Part shown: positions 24,519 to 34,217 of the stretch, one piece after another
Position numbering within the stretch: position 1 is the first letter of the stretch
Layout of the letters: each line of letters opens with the position of its first letter
From: Muribaculaceae bacterium
GTDB lineage: Bacteria; Bacteroidota; Bacteroidia; Bacteroidales; Muribaculaceae
Length of the DNA: 64,000 nt
NCBI GenBank assembly: GCA_029058745.1
Contig: JAIDXM010000049.1
Coordinates: forward strand, 109,069 to 173,068
Reading direction: 5' to 3'
Notes under the pieces: model-generated
Databases searched by the model: none
The model's input: only the letters and a program-made list of their open reading frames with translations
What the model was told of the DNA's origin: nothing
Program-made: the position numbers and the translations under genes

Positions 24519-26372
24519 TTATGCTTTGGATAAGTGATTAATGACTCCGTCTTTTATCTCTTTCACGAGGAATGGCTGCCCCTCCACCTTGTTGATGCGC
24601 ATGATTTCCTTGCCGGGAAGGTGCATCTGCAGATAGTCGGCAAACATTCCGGTGTTGAGTTCCGCCACAATTATGTTCTTGAACCTCTTGAGTTCGTCGA
24701 GAGCGTTCTTAGGCAGCGGGTTGATGTATCTGAAGTGGGCCAATGCCACGGGAGTGCCTTCCGCGTTGAGTTCTGTGGCGGCGGTTAGGACATGTCCGAA
24801 TGTGCCTCCCCATCCCACGAGTACGGTGTCGGCGTCCTTGTCGCCACGTATGTCGAGCTCCGGGATGTCGTCGGCTATGCGTGCTATTTTCTCGCGACGC
24901 ACATTCACCATCCTTTCATGGTTGGGGCCGTCGGTGGAAATCACGGAAGTGTTGAAGTCTTTCTCAAGGCCACCCACGCGATGCATGGCGCCTTCTGTGC
25001 CGGGGATTGCCCAGAAACGTGCGAAGGTCTCAGGGTCACGGTCAAACGGCTTCCAACCGTTTTCGAGCTGTTCTGCGGAAACGAAATTCGGTTTAATTTC
25101 CGGGTAGTCATCCTCTTCGGGAATTCTCCATGCCGAAGAGCCGTTGGCGATGAACGCGTCTGTGAGCAGAATCACCGGTGTCATGTGCTCGATGGCGATA
25201 CGGGCCGCCTCGAAAGCCATGGTGAAGCAGTCGGTTGGACTTGCGGCGGCCAGCACGCAAAGGGGACTCTCTCCGTTTCTGCCGTAGAGGGCCTGCATGA
25301 GGTCGGTCTGTTCCGTCTTTGTGGGGAGTCCTGTGGATGGACCGCCACGCTGCACGTCGATAATCACGAGAGGGAGCTCTGCCATAACCGCGAGACCGAT
25401 TCCCTCGCTTTTGAGGGCGAGTCCTGGTCCTGAGGTGGTGGTCACAGCGAGGTGTCCGGCATATGACGCCCCTATCGCGGAGCAAACACCGGCGATTTCA
25501 TCCTCCATCTGGCATGCTTTCACGCCGAGGTCTTTTCGTTTGGCGAGTTCGTGGAGGATGTCGGTGGCCGGGGTGATGGGATATGAGCCCAGGAACAGCG
25601 GCCGTCCGCTTTTCTCCGAGGCGAGGATTAGTCCCCAGGCGGTGGCTGTGTTGCCGTTGACGTCGGTATATGTGCCGGGCACGGCGGCTTCAGTCTCTAT
25701 GCGGTAGGTGGGCATGGAGGCATGGGTGTTGTGGCCGTAATCCCATCCGGCCCTTATCACTTTCTCGTTGGCCTCATATATGGCGGGTTTCTTGGCGAAC
25801 TTCGCTTTAAGTTTATCGAGCACCTTCTCCACCGGGCGGTCGAGGAGCCAGCATATCAGGCCGAGAGCCAGCATATTCTTGCATTTCATGATGGCCTTGA
25901 CATCCATGCCTGAATCCTCGAGAGTGTGCTTGAGGAGTGTGGTCATGGGCACGAGCATGAGTTTCTCTGGGTTGATGCCAAGTTCCGATACCGGGTCGTC
26001 AGTGGCGTAGAGCGCTTTCTTGAGGTTGGCTGGAGTGAATGAGTCGCCGTCGCAGATGATGATTCCTTCAGGTTTCAGATACTTGAGGTTGGTCTTCAAG
26101 GCGGCGGGATTCATGGCAACGAGCACATCTGCGCGGTCGCCCGGTGTGTGCACGTCTTTGCCGACGCTTACCTGATAGCCTGATACTCCACTCAGGGAGC
26201 CTTGCGGGGCACGAATCTCGGCGGGGTAGTCCGGGAAAGTTGAAATCAGGTTGCCTTCGCCTGCTGACACGTTCGAGAAGATGTTGCCTGCAAGCTGCAT
26301 TCCGTCGCCGGAGTCACCCGAAAAACGGACCACAACCTTGTCGATGGTCTTGACATTAGTGGACTGTAGCAT
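24519..26372 (-). CDS. korA: 2-oxoglutarate/2-oxoacid:ferredoxin oxidoreductase, alpha subunit (fused gamma-alpha)
   Basis: 617 aa. N-terminal gamma-like domain (GDSGDGMQLAG) plus a pyrimidine-binding domain. Operon with korB. Confidence 0.9.
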   Translation of the reverse strand: MLQSTNVKTIDKVVVRFSGDSGDGMQLAGNIFSNVSAGEGNLISTFPDYPAEIRAPQGSLSGVSGYQVSVGKDVHTPGDRADVLVAMNPAALKTNLKYLKPEGIIICDGDSFTPANLKKALYATDDPVSELGINPEKLMLVPMTTLLKHTLEDSGMDVKAIMKCKNMLALGLICWLLDRPVEKVLDKLKAKFAKKPAIYEANEKVIRAGWDYGHNTHASMPTYRIETEAAVPGTYTDVNGNTATAWGLILASEKSGRPLFLGSYPITPATDILHELAKRKDLGVKACQMEDEIAGVCSAIGASYAGHLAVTTTSGPGLALKSEGIGLAVMAELPLVIIDVQRGGPSTGLPTKTEQTDLMQALYGRNGESPLCVLAAASPTDCFTMAFEAARIAIEHMTPVILLTDAFIANGSSAWRIPEEDDYPEIKPNFVSAEQLENGWKPFDRDPETFARFWAIPGTEGAMHRVGGLEKDFNTSVISTDGPNHERMVNVRREKIARIADDIPELDIRGDKDADTVLVGWGGTFGHVLTAATELNAEGTPVALAHFRYINPLPKNALDELKRFKNIIVAELNTGMFADYLQMHLPGKEIMRINKVEGQPFLVKEIKDGVINHLSKA

Positions 26373-26537
26373 GATGTTTTAAGATTGTGTTTAGAAACCC
26401 TTCATCTGAGGGGCTTTTGTCGGTGGCAAAGTTACAAAAAAGTTTTAAAGATGATGTTTAAAAGTGGAATAAAGTTGATGTTAAATTGGCGTATGGGACC
26501 TGATTGTGAATAAGTATTCATTTTGTCCCCATTCTCC

Positions 26538-28082
26538 TCAGAATGCTTTCCCGTAGTTTCCCCTGTCGAGCGACCTGTAGCCGATAGCCTCGGCTATGTG
26601 CCGGGCGAGCACGTTGTCGGCCCCGTCAAGGTCGGCGATGGTGCGTGCCACACGCAGTATGCGGTCAAAGGCGCGTGCGCTCATGTTGAGTTTGGTCATC
26701 CGCTCTTTGAGTTTCGCGAGTCCTTCAGCGTCCGGCCACGCGTATTTGTGGATTAGGCGGGAGTTCATCTGGGCGTTGCAATGGATTCCACGCTCCCCTT
26801 GGAATCTGAGCTGTTGCAAGGATCGGGCTTTGATTACCCTTTCGCGTATAGCTTCGCTGCTTTCAGCCGGAGAGGTGTCGGCCATGTCGTCGAACGACAC
26901 AGGCTGTATCTCCACCTGCAGGTCTATCCTGTCGAGAAGGGGGCCTGAAATCCTGTTCATATATCTTGTGACGGCTCCGGGGGAACAGGTGCATGCCTTG
27001 GTAGGGTGTCCGTAATATCCGCATGGGCATGGGTTCATTGAGGCGACAAGCATGAACGACGCGGGATAGTTGACCGTATATTTGGCTCTTGCCACAGTGA
27101 TTGTCCTGTCTTCGATCGGTTGCCTCAACACTTCCAGCACCTGCCTGGGGAATTCCGGGAACTCATCCAGGAAGAGCACGCCATTGTGGGCCAGTGATAT
27201 TTCGCCGGGCATGGGGCTCGAGCCTCCTCCGACAAGGGCCACAGGGGAGAGCGTGTGATGCGGTGTGCGGAAGGGGCGGCGTGCCATAAGCATGGAGCCT
27301 CGCGACAGTTTGCCTGCCACGGAGTGAATCTTGGTGGTCTCAAGGGCCTCCGCCAGGCTGAGAGGGGGAAGAATCGAAGGGATACGTTTGGCCATCATGG
27401 ATTTTCCGGCTCCCGGAGGACCGATCATAAGGAGGTTGTGTCCCCCGGCGCATGCCACTTCGAATGCGCGTTTCACGCTGTCCTGCCCTTTCACCTCGGA
27501 GAAGTCGAGTCCGGAGTTCTCAGCCTCCATCGCGAAAATCTCACGTGTGTTTATCACTGTGGGTTCAAGTGTTGAGGTTCCGCTCACCAAGGCTATGGCA
27601 TCGGCGAGGCATGCCACGCCATACACTTCGATTTTGTTTACCACGGCGGCTTCGGTGACATTCGCCTCCGGGACTATGAGTTTCTTGAATCCGAGTTCGC
27701 GGGCTTTCACCGCCATGGGAAGGGCTCCTTTCACGGGTAGCACCGAACCGTCGAGCGAGAGCTCGCCCATAATCATAAAATCCGCGAGATTGTCGGCGCA
27801 GACGGTCCCGCACGCTGTCAGCACACCGATGGCCATCGGAAGGTCGAAGGCGGCGCCTTCCTTCTTGATGTCTGCCGGCGCGAGGTTGATGGTGATGCCC
27901 TTCCTGGGGAATTTCACCCCGCTGTGGGTTATGGCCGACATCATCCGTTGGTGGCTTTCCTTGACGGCGGTGTCAGGGAGTCCTACTATGGAGAAGAGTG
28001 CGCCGGAACAACCGTCGGTTTCGATTGTGACGGGAAACGCGTCGATTCCCTGTATGGAAGCTGAGTAGATTTTGGTTAACAT
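26538..28082 (-). CDS. comM: YifB/ComM-family Mg-chelatase-like AAA+ ATPase
   Basis: 514 aa. Lon-protease-like N-domain, Walker A GPPGAGKS, and the typical VLFLDEFPEF. Confidence 0.9.
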   Translation of the reverse strand: MLTKIYSASIQGIDAFPVTIETDGCSGALFSIVGLPDTAVKESHQRMMSAITHSGVKFPRKGITINLAPADIKKEGAAFDLPMAIGVLTACGTVCADNLADFMIMGELSLDGSVLPVKGALPMAVKARELGFKKLIVPEANVTEAAVVNKIEVYGVACLADAIALVSGTSTLEPTVINTREIFAMEAENSGLDFSEVKGQDSVKRAFEVACAGGHNLLMIGPPGAGKSMMAKRIPSILPPLSLAEALETTKIHSVAGKLSRGSMLMARRPFRTPHHTLSPVALVGGGSSPMPGEISLAHNGVLFLDEFPEFPRQVLEVLRQPIEDRTITVARAKYTVNYPASFMLVASMNPCPCGYYGHPTKACTCSPGAVTRYMNRISGPLLDRIDLQVEIQPVSFDDMADTSPAESSEAIRERVIKARSLQQLRFQGERGIHCNAQMNSRLIHKYAWPDAEGLAKLKERMTKLNMSARAFDRILRVARTIADLDGADNVLARHIAEAIGYRSLDRGNYGKAF

Positions 28083-28104
28083 CTGGCGGAACTGGCTGGG
28101 GTGA

Positions 28105-29145
28105 TTATTCTTTACTGATAATTTCTCGGAATGCGGATAAGGCTTCTCCGGTGTCGTCTCCGCGATAGCGTTGGTGTCCGTCCTGGGAGAATACTATATA
28201 GAAAGGAGAGCGAGTCACCGCAAGCTGTATGAGCCGGCGGTCGGCAAGTCCGGCAGGCATCCACAGTCTTGTCACATTTGACAGGGAGTCGGAGCGCAGG
28301 GGCGACCTCCACACGATTGAGTCGGGATCGAGACACACGTCGGCTATTATACGGCGTGCCGAGTCGGGGAATTCTTTAGAGAGTGCGCGGATGGAGTCGA
28401 TGCGCTGTTTGCGGTCGGCGAGTCCGTTATGCCAGAAGAATAGGATGGTGGCTTCCGCAGAGTCGGGACGGATAGTGTCGGTTCCGTTTCCGAGAGAGCG
28501 CACTGTCATGCTTCTCAGTTTCCCCGGGGTCGGGGCTTTCCCGGCGGGAATGTCGGCTCTTGCGGCGAGTTCGGTCCATCTCCTGTCGGCGGCCTCCCCC
28601 TTCAGAGATAACCACAGTCTTCTGAAAAGAGTCTCGTTGTCGATTCGGGAGAATGAAGTGAGCAGAAGTATAGTTGCCACCGGCGATTCCGGGTTGGCTG
28701 TCACAAACGAGGCTATGGCTCTGTTTTTTTCCGCCGTGTCGTTGCCGGAAAGTATTTTCGCGTTGCTGTTTCTCCAAGCCGACAGCTCCTTGTTGATTTC
28801 ATTCCCTTCGGCAGTCCAGGAATAGGGGTCGGCCGACTGTCCCGTTATCCGGATGTCGTTGCCGCGTTCTGCGTACAGCGCGAGAGGTGATGTCTGTGAC
28901 GACCCCGTGTAGAGGTATATCAGCGAGGGATTTCGTGCCGGGCACTTGAGGTTGCCTTTTCCGTTTGTGACCACGGCCACAGTCTCCAAGGTGATGCCAC
29001 CTTTCTTGTCGGAAGCGTAATACACTATCCTGAAAGTGGCATTGACATCGGTTGGAAGTTCGAACTCAATCTTGAAGCTGTTTCCGGCACATCCGGATAG
29101 GGCCAGCAGCATGATTGCGGCTAAAATGCGTATAATATTAATCAT
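28105..29145 (-). CDS. Lipoprotein of unknown function (thioredoxin-fold-like C-terminal half without CxxC)
   Basis: The track start at 29151 is a TTG. The ATG at 29145 gives MINIIRILAAIMLLALSGCAG (lipobox). No catalytic motif recognised. Confidence 0.5.
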   Translation of the reverse strand: MINIIRILAAIMLLALSGCAGNSFKIEFELPTDVNATFRIVYYASDKKGGITLETVAVVTNGKGNLKCPARNPSLIYLYTGSSQTSPLALYAERGNDIRITGQSADPYSWTAEGNEINKELSAWRNSNAKILSGNDTAEKNRAIASFVTANPESPVATILLLTSFSRIDNETLFRRLWLSLKGEAADRRWTELAARADIPAGKAPTPGKLRSMTVRSLGNGTDTIRPDSAEATILFFWHNGLADRKQRIDSIRALSKEFPDSARRIIADVCLDPDSIVWRSPLRSDSLSNVTRLWMPAGLADRRLIQLAVTRSPFYIVFSQDGHQRYRGDDTGEALSAFREIISKE

Positions 29146-29263
29146 ACGCAAAATTAATCCAAAAAAACAGAAGAATCAAATAAAAAAGCGACATAAAAAA
29201 GCGACCGAGTCCGCCATGGTGAGTTCGGAATCAGTCGCTTGTGAAGAGTCATCGCGTCTTCGC

Positions 29264-30205
29264 TTATTCATGCGCGGTGGAGACGGAGGATTCGAGATGC
29301 CTGGTGTATCGTTCCGCCATCGCTCTCACTTTCTCTCCAATGCTTTCTCTGAGAGATTCTGGATATACCACCTCAGTGTCGGTGCCATGAGAGAGGATTG
29401 TGGTCTGGAATGTTTCCGAAGGCACGAGATAGAACTCGAAGAGGGAGTATTCTCCATTTGTCATCACCTCTTTTTGGGAATTATGGAGCGGGAGGGTGCG
29501 CACCTCGTCGCGTGTGCGGCCGCTGATTTTGAGTCTCACCACTTCCGGAATCTGCATCGCGTTGACATCCATTCCGTAGAAATCGCGGAAGAAGACCTCG
29601 GGAGAGAAATCTTTCGGGAAATCAAAGTGAGTCTCGGTGAGTTGTATGTCGAGTACACGGTCGAAGTTGAAAGCGTGGAGCATATCAGTCTCAGTGTCTT
29701 TTCCGAGGATGAACCATTGTCCTCTCCAGTATCTGAGGCAATAAGGGGCAATCATCAGATTGGTTTTGCCGTCGGAGGTGGGTATCGCGCATATCAGTCT
29801 GATGAGGGTGTTCTTCTGTATGGCCTCAATTATTGAAGAGAGCCCGTATCTTTCCTCAGGCGGGAGGTCGAGAATAATCCTGTGTCTCACAGGGTCGGAG
29901 TCTTCATCGAGGTCGGAGAACGAGAGTTTCTGCAACATCCATACTTTGAGTTTGGTTGCGTTCCCTTCAGGCCAGTCAGCGATGAAATATCTGTTATGGT
30001 CGCTACGGTCGCAAGTGATGCGAATGCCGAAAAGGCTTTCGATGGCGTGGCGGTGGTTGTGGAAAGTCCGAAGCGCGAGTTGTGAATGGTCGGCATTGAG
30101 AGGCGATTTCAACCATCTCTCTGCAATATCCTCGAAAGGTAGCTTCTTTGCGTGTCGGACCGTGTCGATTAGCCAGACGTATCTTCGGAAGAGGTCGCGT
30201 TTCAT
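29264..30205 (-). CDS. WYL-domain putative transcriptional regulator (paralog 1)
   Basis: 313 aa. N-terminal wHTH-like RRYVWLIDTV, WYL-like core RYWRGQWFILGKDTETDMLHAFNFDRV. Paralog of 35596-36516. Confidence 0.65.
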   Translation of the reverse strand: MKRDLFRRYVWLIDTVRHAKKLPFEDIAERWLKSPLNADHSQLALRTFHNHRHAIESLFGIRITCDRSDHNRYFIADWPEGNATKLKVWMLQKLSFSDLDEDSDPVRHRIILDLPPEERYGLSSIIEAIQKNTLIRLICAIPTSDGKTNLMIAPYCLRYWRGQWFILGKDTETDMLHAFNFDRVLDIQLTETHFDFPKDFSPEVFFRDFYGMDVNAMQIPEVVRLKISGRTRDEVRTLPLHNSQKEVMTNGEYSLFEFYLVPSETFQTTILSHGTDTEVVYPESLRESIGEKVRAMAERYTRHLESSVSTAHE

Positions 30206-30364
30206 TTCGTAATAAAACTGATTGGTGGTTCTATTGATATGAAAAAAATAACTGCTTTAAACGGTGCAAATATAATCAAAAAAAATCAGTGCCGCAACCT
30301 CGGGGCACTGATTTTTTAGGTAATGTGTTGATGAAAACGTTTTAAAAATAACGTAGTTCGCTTG

Positions 30365-31450
30365 CTATACGAATCTGTCGCCGAAAGTTGCCTTGATTTC
30401 GTTTACCACTTGTCTCACCTTTTGTTCATCGGCTCTCGGACATATCAGTAAGGCGTTTCCGTTGTCGGCCACGATATAGTCTTTTAGTCCGGCGGCCACG
30501 ATGATTTTGTCGCCGTTGACGGCGAACATGGTGCCATTGCAGTCAGATGTGAGCACCTTGCAGTTCTGAGTCACATTCCCGTCGGCATTTTTCGGAGACG
30601 CCTCATACAGTGCGCTCCATGTGCCGAGATCGCTCCATCCGAGATCTACGGTTTCGACATATACGTTGTCGGCTTTTTCCATTATCGCATAGTCGATTGA
30701 GATACTTGGCGACAGCGGAAATGAATCTTCGATAAACTCGGCCTCCTTGTCGGTGGCATACACCGGTTCCGGAGCGTCAAATAGTTGCGCGATGTCGGGG
30801 GAATATTTTTCGAAAGCGTCGAGGATGCTTTTCGCCGACCATAGGAATATGCCGGCGTTCCAGAAGAACTCACCGCTCGACAGGAACATCTTCGCCATCT
30901 CGACATCCGGCTTCTCAGTAAATGACTTCACTTTTCTGATTCCGTCGTAATCCTGTGCCGGGGAGCCTTGCTGTATATATCCGTATCCGGTGTTGGGATT
31001 TGTAGGGTTTATCCCGAGGGTCAGGAGCCGATTGCCGTTTTCCACGAAATCGAGTCCTTTCTCTATCGCTTGCCGGAAAGCGTCTTCCTTGAGCACGAGA
31101 TGGTCGGAGGGTAGTGTCACGATGGAAGCCTCAGGGTCGAGGGCTTGTATATGATGTGCGGCCCAGCAGATGCAAGGGGCTGTGTTGCGTCTTGCCGGCT
31201 CAAGGAGGATATTCGATTCCTTCACTTGAGGGAGTTGCTGACGGATTATATCGGCATACTGGCGGTTGGTGACGAGAATGATATTGTCGGGACCCACGAC
31301 GGGCAGTATCCTGTCAACGGTGAGCTGGAGCAGGCTTTTGCCTGTCCCGAAGAAGTCAAGAAACTGTTTCGGCTTGTCATTACGGCTGAAGGGCCAGAAA
31401 CGGGAACCGACACCTCCACACATTATGACACAATAGCGATGTGAATTCAT
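30365..31450 (-). CDS. manC: Mannose-1-phosphate guanylyltransferase
   Basis: 361 aa. N-terminal nucleotide-binding CGGVGSRFWPFSR, and length and layout typical of the family. Confidence 0.85.
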   Translation of the reverse strand: MNSHRYCVIMCGGVGSRFWPFSRNDKPKQFLDFFGTGKSLLQLTVDRILPVVGPDNIILVTNRQYADIIRQQLPQVKESNILLEPARRNTAPCICWAAHHIQALDPEASIVTLPSDHLVLKEDAFRQAIEKGLDFVENGNRLLTLGINPTNPNTGYGYIQQGSPAQDYDGIRKVKSFTEKPDVEMAKMFLSSGEFFWNAGIFLWSAKSILDAFEKYSPDIAQLFDAPEPVYATDKEAEFIEDSFPLSPSISIDYAIMEKADNVYVETVDLGWSDLGTWSALYEASPKNADGNVTQNCKVLTSDCNGTMFAVNGDKIIVAAGLKDYIVADNGNALLICPRADEQKVRQVVNEIKATFGDRFV

Positions 31451-31566
31451 ATATCTTGATTTTGGTATGATGTAATAAGATATTTAGAGATAAAAAAGAG
31501 TTTAGCGTTAAGGCCGGAGAAAGGGGTATGTCCTGTTCGGCAATATCGGTATGATCGTCTGACGAG

Positions 31567-33387
31567 TCAGAAGGATTCGGTGGCCGGGTGGAACTGGTGT
31601 TTCACACCTTCCACAACATTCAGCATATAGTCTCCGAGCTTTTCGGCCTCGCTTATGAGGTCCATGAAGAAGATTCCTTGCTGGTAGCCGTATTCCTTGG
31701 AATTGATATTGTAGATGTTGGAGTCGCGGAGGCTGTTGCGGAGATTGTTGATTTCCCTCTCCTTGTTGTAGGCTTTTATGATGAGAGATTCCTCCGGGGT
31801 CTCCATCTCTTTCAGTATTCCGAGCATGTTTGCCATTGCATCTTCCACAAGCACATACATCGTGTCGATTTCCTTGAGCACGGCGTCATCAAATTCCACA
31901 TGGTTGGAATGTTGCCGGGCGAGAGTCTTTGCCACGTTGAAGCATCCGTCGGCTATGGACTCAATCTCGCTGATTACTCTGAGCATTCCGGCTATCCTCA
32001 TCTTTCCTTCCGGACTGAGTCTTCCTTCGGCCACATGGTTGAGGTAGTTTCCGATTTCTATTTCCATCCTGTCGGATATTTCCTCATATTTCTCAAGTCG
32101 GTTGTAGGTCGAGGAGTATTCGGCATCCTTTTCCGGGAGATGTATCAGACGGTGAGCCATCTTCAGCATACGTTCCACTCTCTCTCCGTACACGGCGATT
32201 TCCTTCTGAGCCTGTGTTATGTTAAGCTCAGAGGCAGACAGCATTCCTCTGCCGATGAATTTGAGCGTGAATTCCTCTTCGGTGTCTTTATGGCGAGCCG
32301 GCATAATCCAGCATACGGCTGTCACATATAGTTTGGTGAACCAAATCATTATCATGAGGTTGCACGCGTTGAACACCGTCGGGAACATTGCGAGGCCAAA
32401 CGCCACAGCACTTTGGGCCTTGGCGGTGAGTCCTCCTTCAGGATTCAGCAGCGTGGAGTCGGCCATGCCGTTTTCCATCGCGCTTGTCAGATGTGCGGGG
32501 TTTGTGCCTATGCATACCTTTGTGATGTCGGCCACAAGGTTCATGAAAGGATAGAATATGCAGAGCACTATCACAGAGCCTATGACATTGAAGAGCACAT
32601 GTCCCATCGCGGTGCGTCTCGCGGCAAGGTTTCCGCTCAGTGAAGCGAGAATCGGTGTTATGGTGGTTCCGATGTTCCCGCCCAGGATAATCGCGCATCC
32701 GAGGTCAAACGATATCCAACCCTGAGAACACATTATCAATGTGATGGCGAAAGTGGCGGCGGAACTTTGTGCCACCATGGTGAGTATTATTCCGAACATG
32801 AAGAAAATCAGCACCGAGCCATATCCGAGGGTGGCGTAATCGGTCACGAATTTCAGCATCTCCGGATTGGCCTGAAGGTCAGGCACATATTTGCTGATGA
32901 GGTCGAGCCCCATAAAGAGGAAACAGAATCCGATCAGGAATTCTCCGAAAGATTTGTAGGTGCTTTTTTTCATGAACAGCATAGGCACGCCTGCGGCAAG
33001 CAGGAGTATGCTGTAGTCGGAGATATTGACTTCGAAAGAGAAAGCGGAGATTATCCAGGTGGTGACAGTAGTGCCTACGTTCGCCCCGAAAATCACCGCC
33101 ATTGACTGTGCGAGGCTCATAAGGCCGGCGTTGACAAAACTCACGACCATCACAGTGGATGCGCTCGAGCTCTGTATGAGGGCCGTAATGACGATTCCTG
33201 TGAGCACTCCGGTGACCCGGTTTTTAGTCATTATCCCGAGGATGTTGCGCAGGCGGTCGCCGGCGACTTTCTGAAGGCCTTCGCTCATCACTTTCATGCC
33301 GTAGAGAAACAGGCATACAGCGCCAAGAAGGCTGATGAAGTCAATGATGGTATAGTCCATTGGTGGAGTTGTTGGTTTGCGTCTCAT
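31567..33387 (-). CDS. Na+/phosphate cotransporter family protein with C-terminal PhoU-like repeats
   Basis: 606 aa, polytopic. LFLYGMKVMSEGLQ near the N-terminus. The alternative ATG at 33360 (MDYTIIDF) is plausible. Confidence 0.85.
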   Translation of the reverse strand: MRRKPTTPPMDYTIIDFISLLGAVCLFLYGMKVMSEGLQKVAGDRLRNILGIMTKNRVTGVLTGIVITALIQSSSASTVMVVSFVNAGLMSLAQSMAVIFGANVGTTVTTWIISAFSFEVNISDYSILLLAAGVPMLFMKKSTYKSFGEFLIGFCFLFMGLDLISKYVPDLQANPEMLKFVTDYATLGYGSVLIFFMFGIILTMVAQSSAATFAITLIMCSQGWISFDLGCAIILGGNIGTTITPILASLSGNLAARRTAMGHVLFNVIGSVIVLCIFYPFMNLVADITKVCIGTNPAHLTSAMENGMADSTLLNPEGGLTAKAQSAVAFGLAMFPTVFNACNLMIMIWFTKLYVTAVCWIMPARHKDTEEEFTLKFIGRGMLSASELNITQAQKEIAVYGERVERMLKMAHRLIHLPEKDAEYSSTYNRLEKYEEISDRMEIEIGNYLNHVAEGRLSPEGKMRIAGMLRVISEIESIADGCFNVAKTLARQHSNHVEFDDAVLKEIDTMYVLVEDAMANMLGILKEMETPEESLIIKAYNKEREINNLRNSLRDSNIYNINSKEYGYQQGIFFMDLISEAEKLGDYMLNVVEGVKHQFHPATESF

Positions 33388-33704
33388 CGGAGACGTTGCA
33401 TTGGCAAAATTAATGAAAAATCTGAAACACTACAAATGAACATAAAGCAACTTTCCCTGAAATGGTTGTTTTTTTATGGAGAGTCTTCGGCAAATGGTGG
33501 AAATCCGCAGGGGGAAAGAGTTTGGAAATATGACACAGATGGCTTATCTTTGCAGACACAACGGAATGCAGTGGTGACTGAAAGTCCTGATAACCAATTT
33601 AGGATGTGTGCATCTGCGGCAGTGTGGCTATTCTCTCATTCCATGTAGCTTCCGGTTTTCTTTTTAATAACAAGGATTTTAACAGCTACTTACTGTACTG
33701 GAAT

Positions 33705-34217
33705 ATGGATGTTAACATGATAGTGGCGGCGGGCGATGACGGGGCCATCGGACGAAAAGGCGACCTGATATGGCATATCTCCTCCGATTTGCGCCGTTTC
33801 AAAGCCCTGACCATGGGCCACCCCGTGATTATGGGACGAAAGACCTGGGAGTCGTTGCCTAAGAAGCCGCTGCCGGGAAGACTCAACATAGTGATGACCC
33901 GTAATGCCGGATATGTGGCGGAGGGGGCGGCTGTTGCCGCGAGTCCTGAGGAGGCGTTGCGCCTGGCCTGTGAGTGGGTGTCTCCCTCGGGTAATCCGAC
34001 GGCTCCGTTCGTGATGGGGGGTGCGCAGATTTATAATGAGTTCATGCCGTTGGTGAATCGTATTTTTCTCACCAGGGTGCATGCCCTGTGTCATGATGCC
34101 GACGCGCTCCTCCCGAAAGTGTGGGAGGGCGACGAATGGGAAATAGAGGATGCCACACAGCCCCAACTCACTCCGGACGGGGTAGAGTATGATTACGTCA
34201 CATATCGGAAGAGGTGA
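33705..34217 (+). CDS. folA: Dihydrofolate reductase
   Basis: IVAAGDDGAIGRKGDLIWHISSDLRRFKALTMGHPVIMGRKTWESLP. The start is trimmed from the track's 33606 to the ATG at 33705 (33717 is also possible). Confidence 0.9.
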   Translation: MDVNMIVAAGDDGAIGRKGDLIWHISSDLRRFKALTMGHPVIMGRKTWESLPKKPLPGRLNIVMTRNAGYVAEGAAVAASPEEALRLACEWVSPSGNPTAPFVMGGAQIYNEFMPLVNRIFLTRVHALCHDADALLPKVWEGDEWEIEDATQPQLTPDGVEYDYVTYRKR

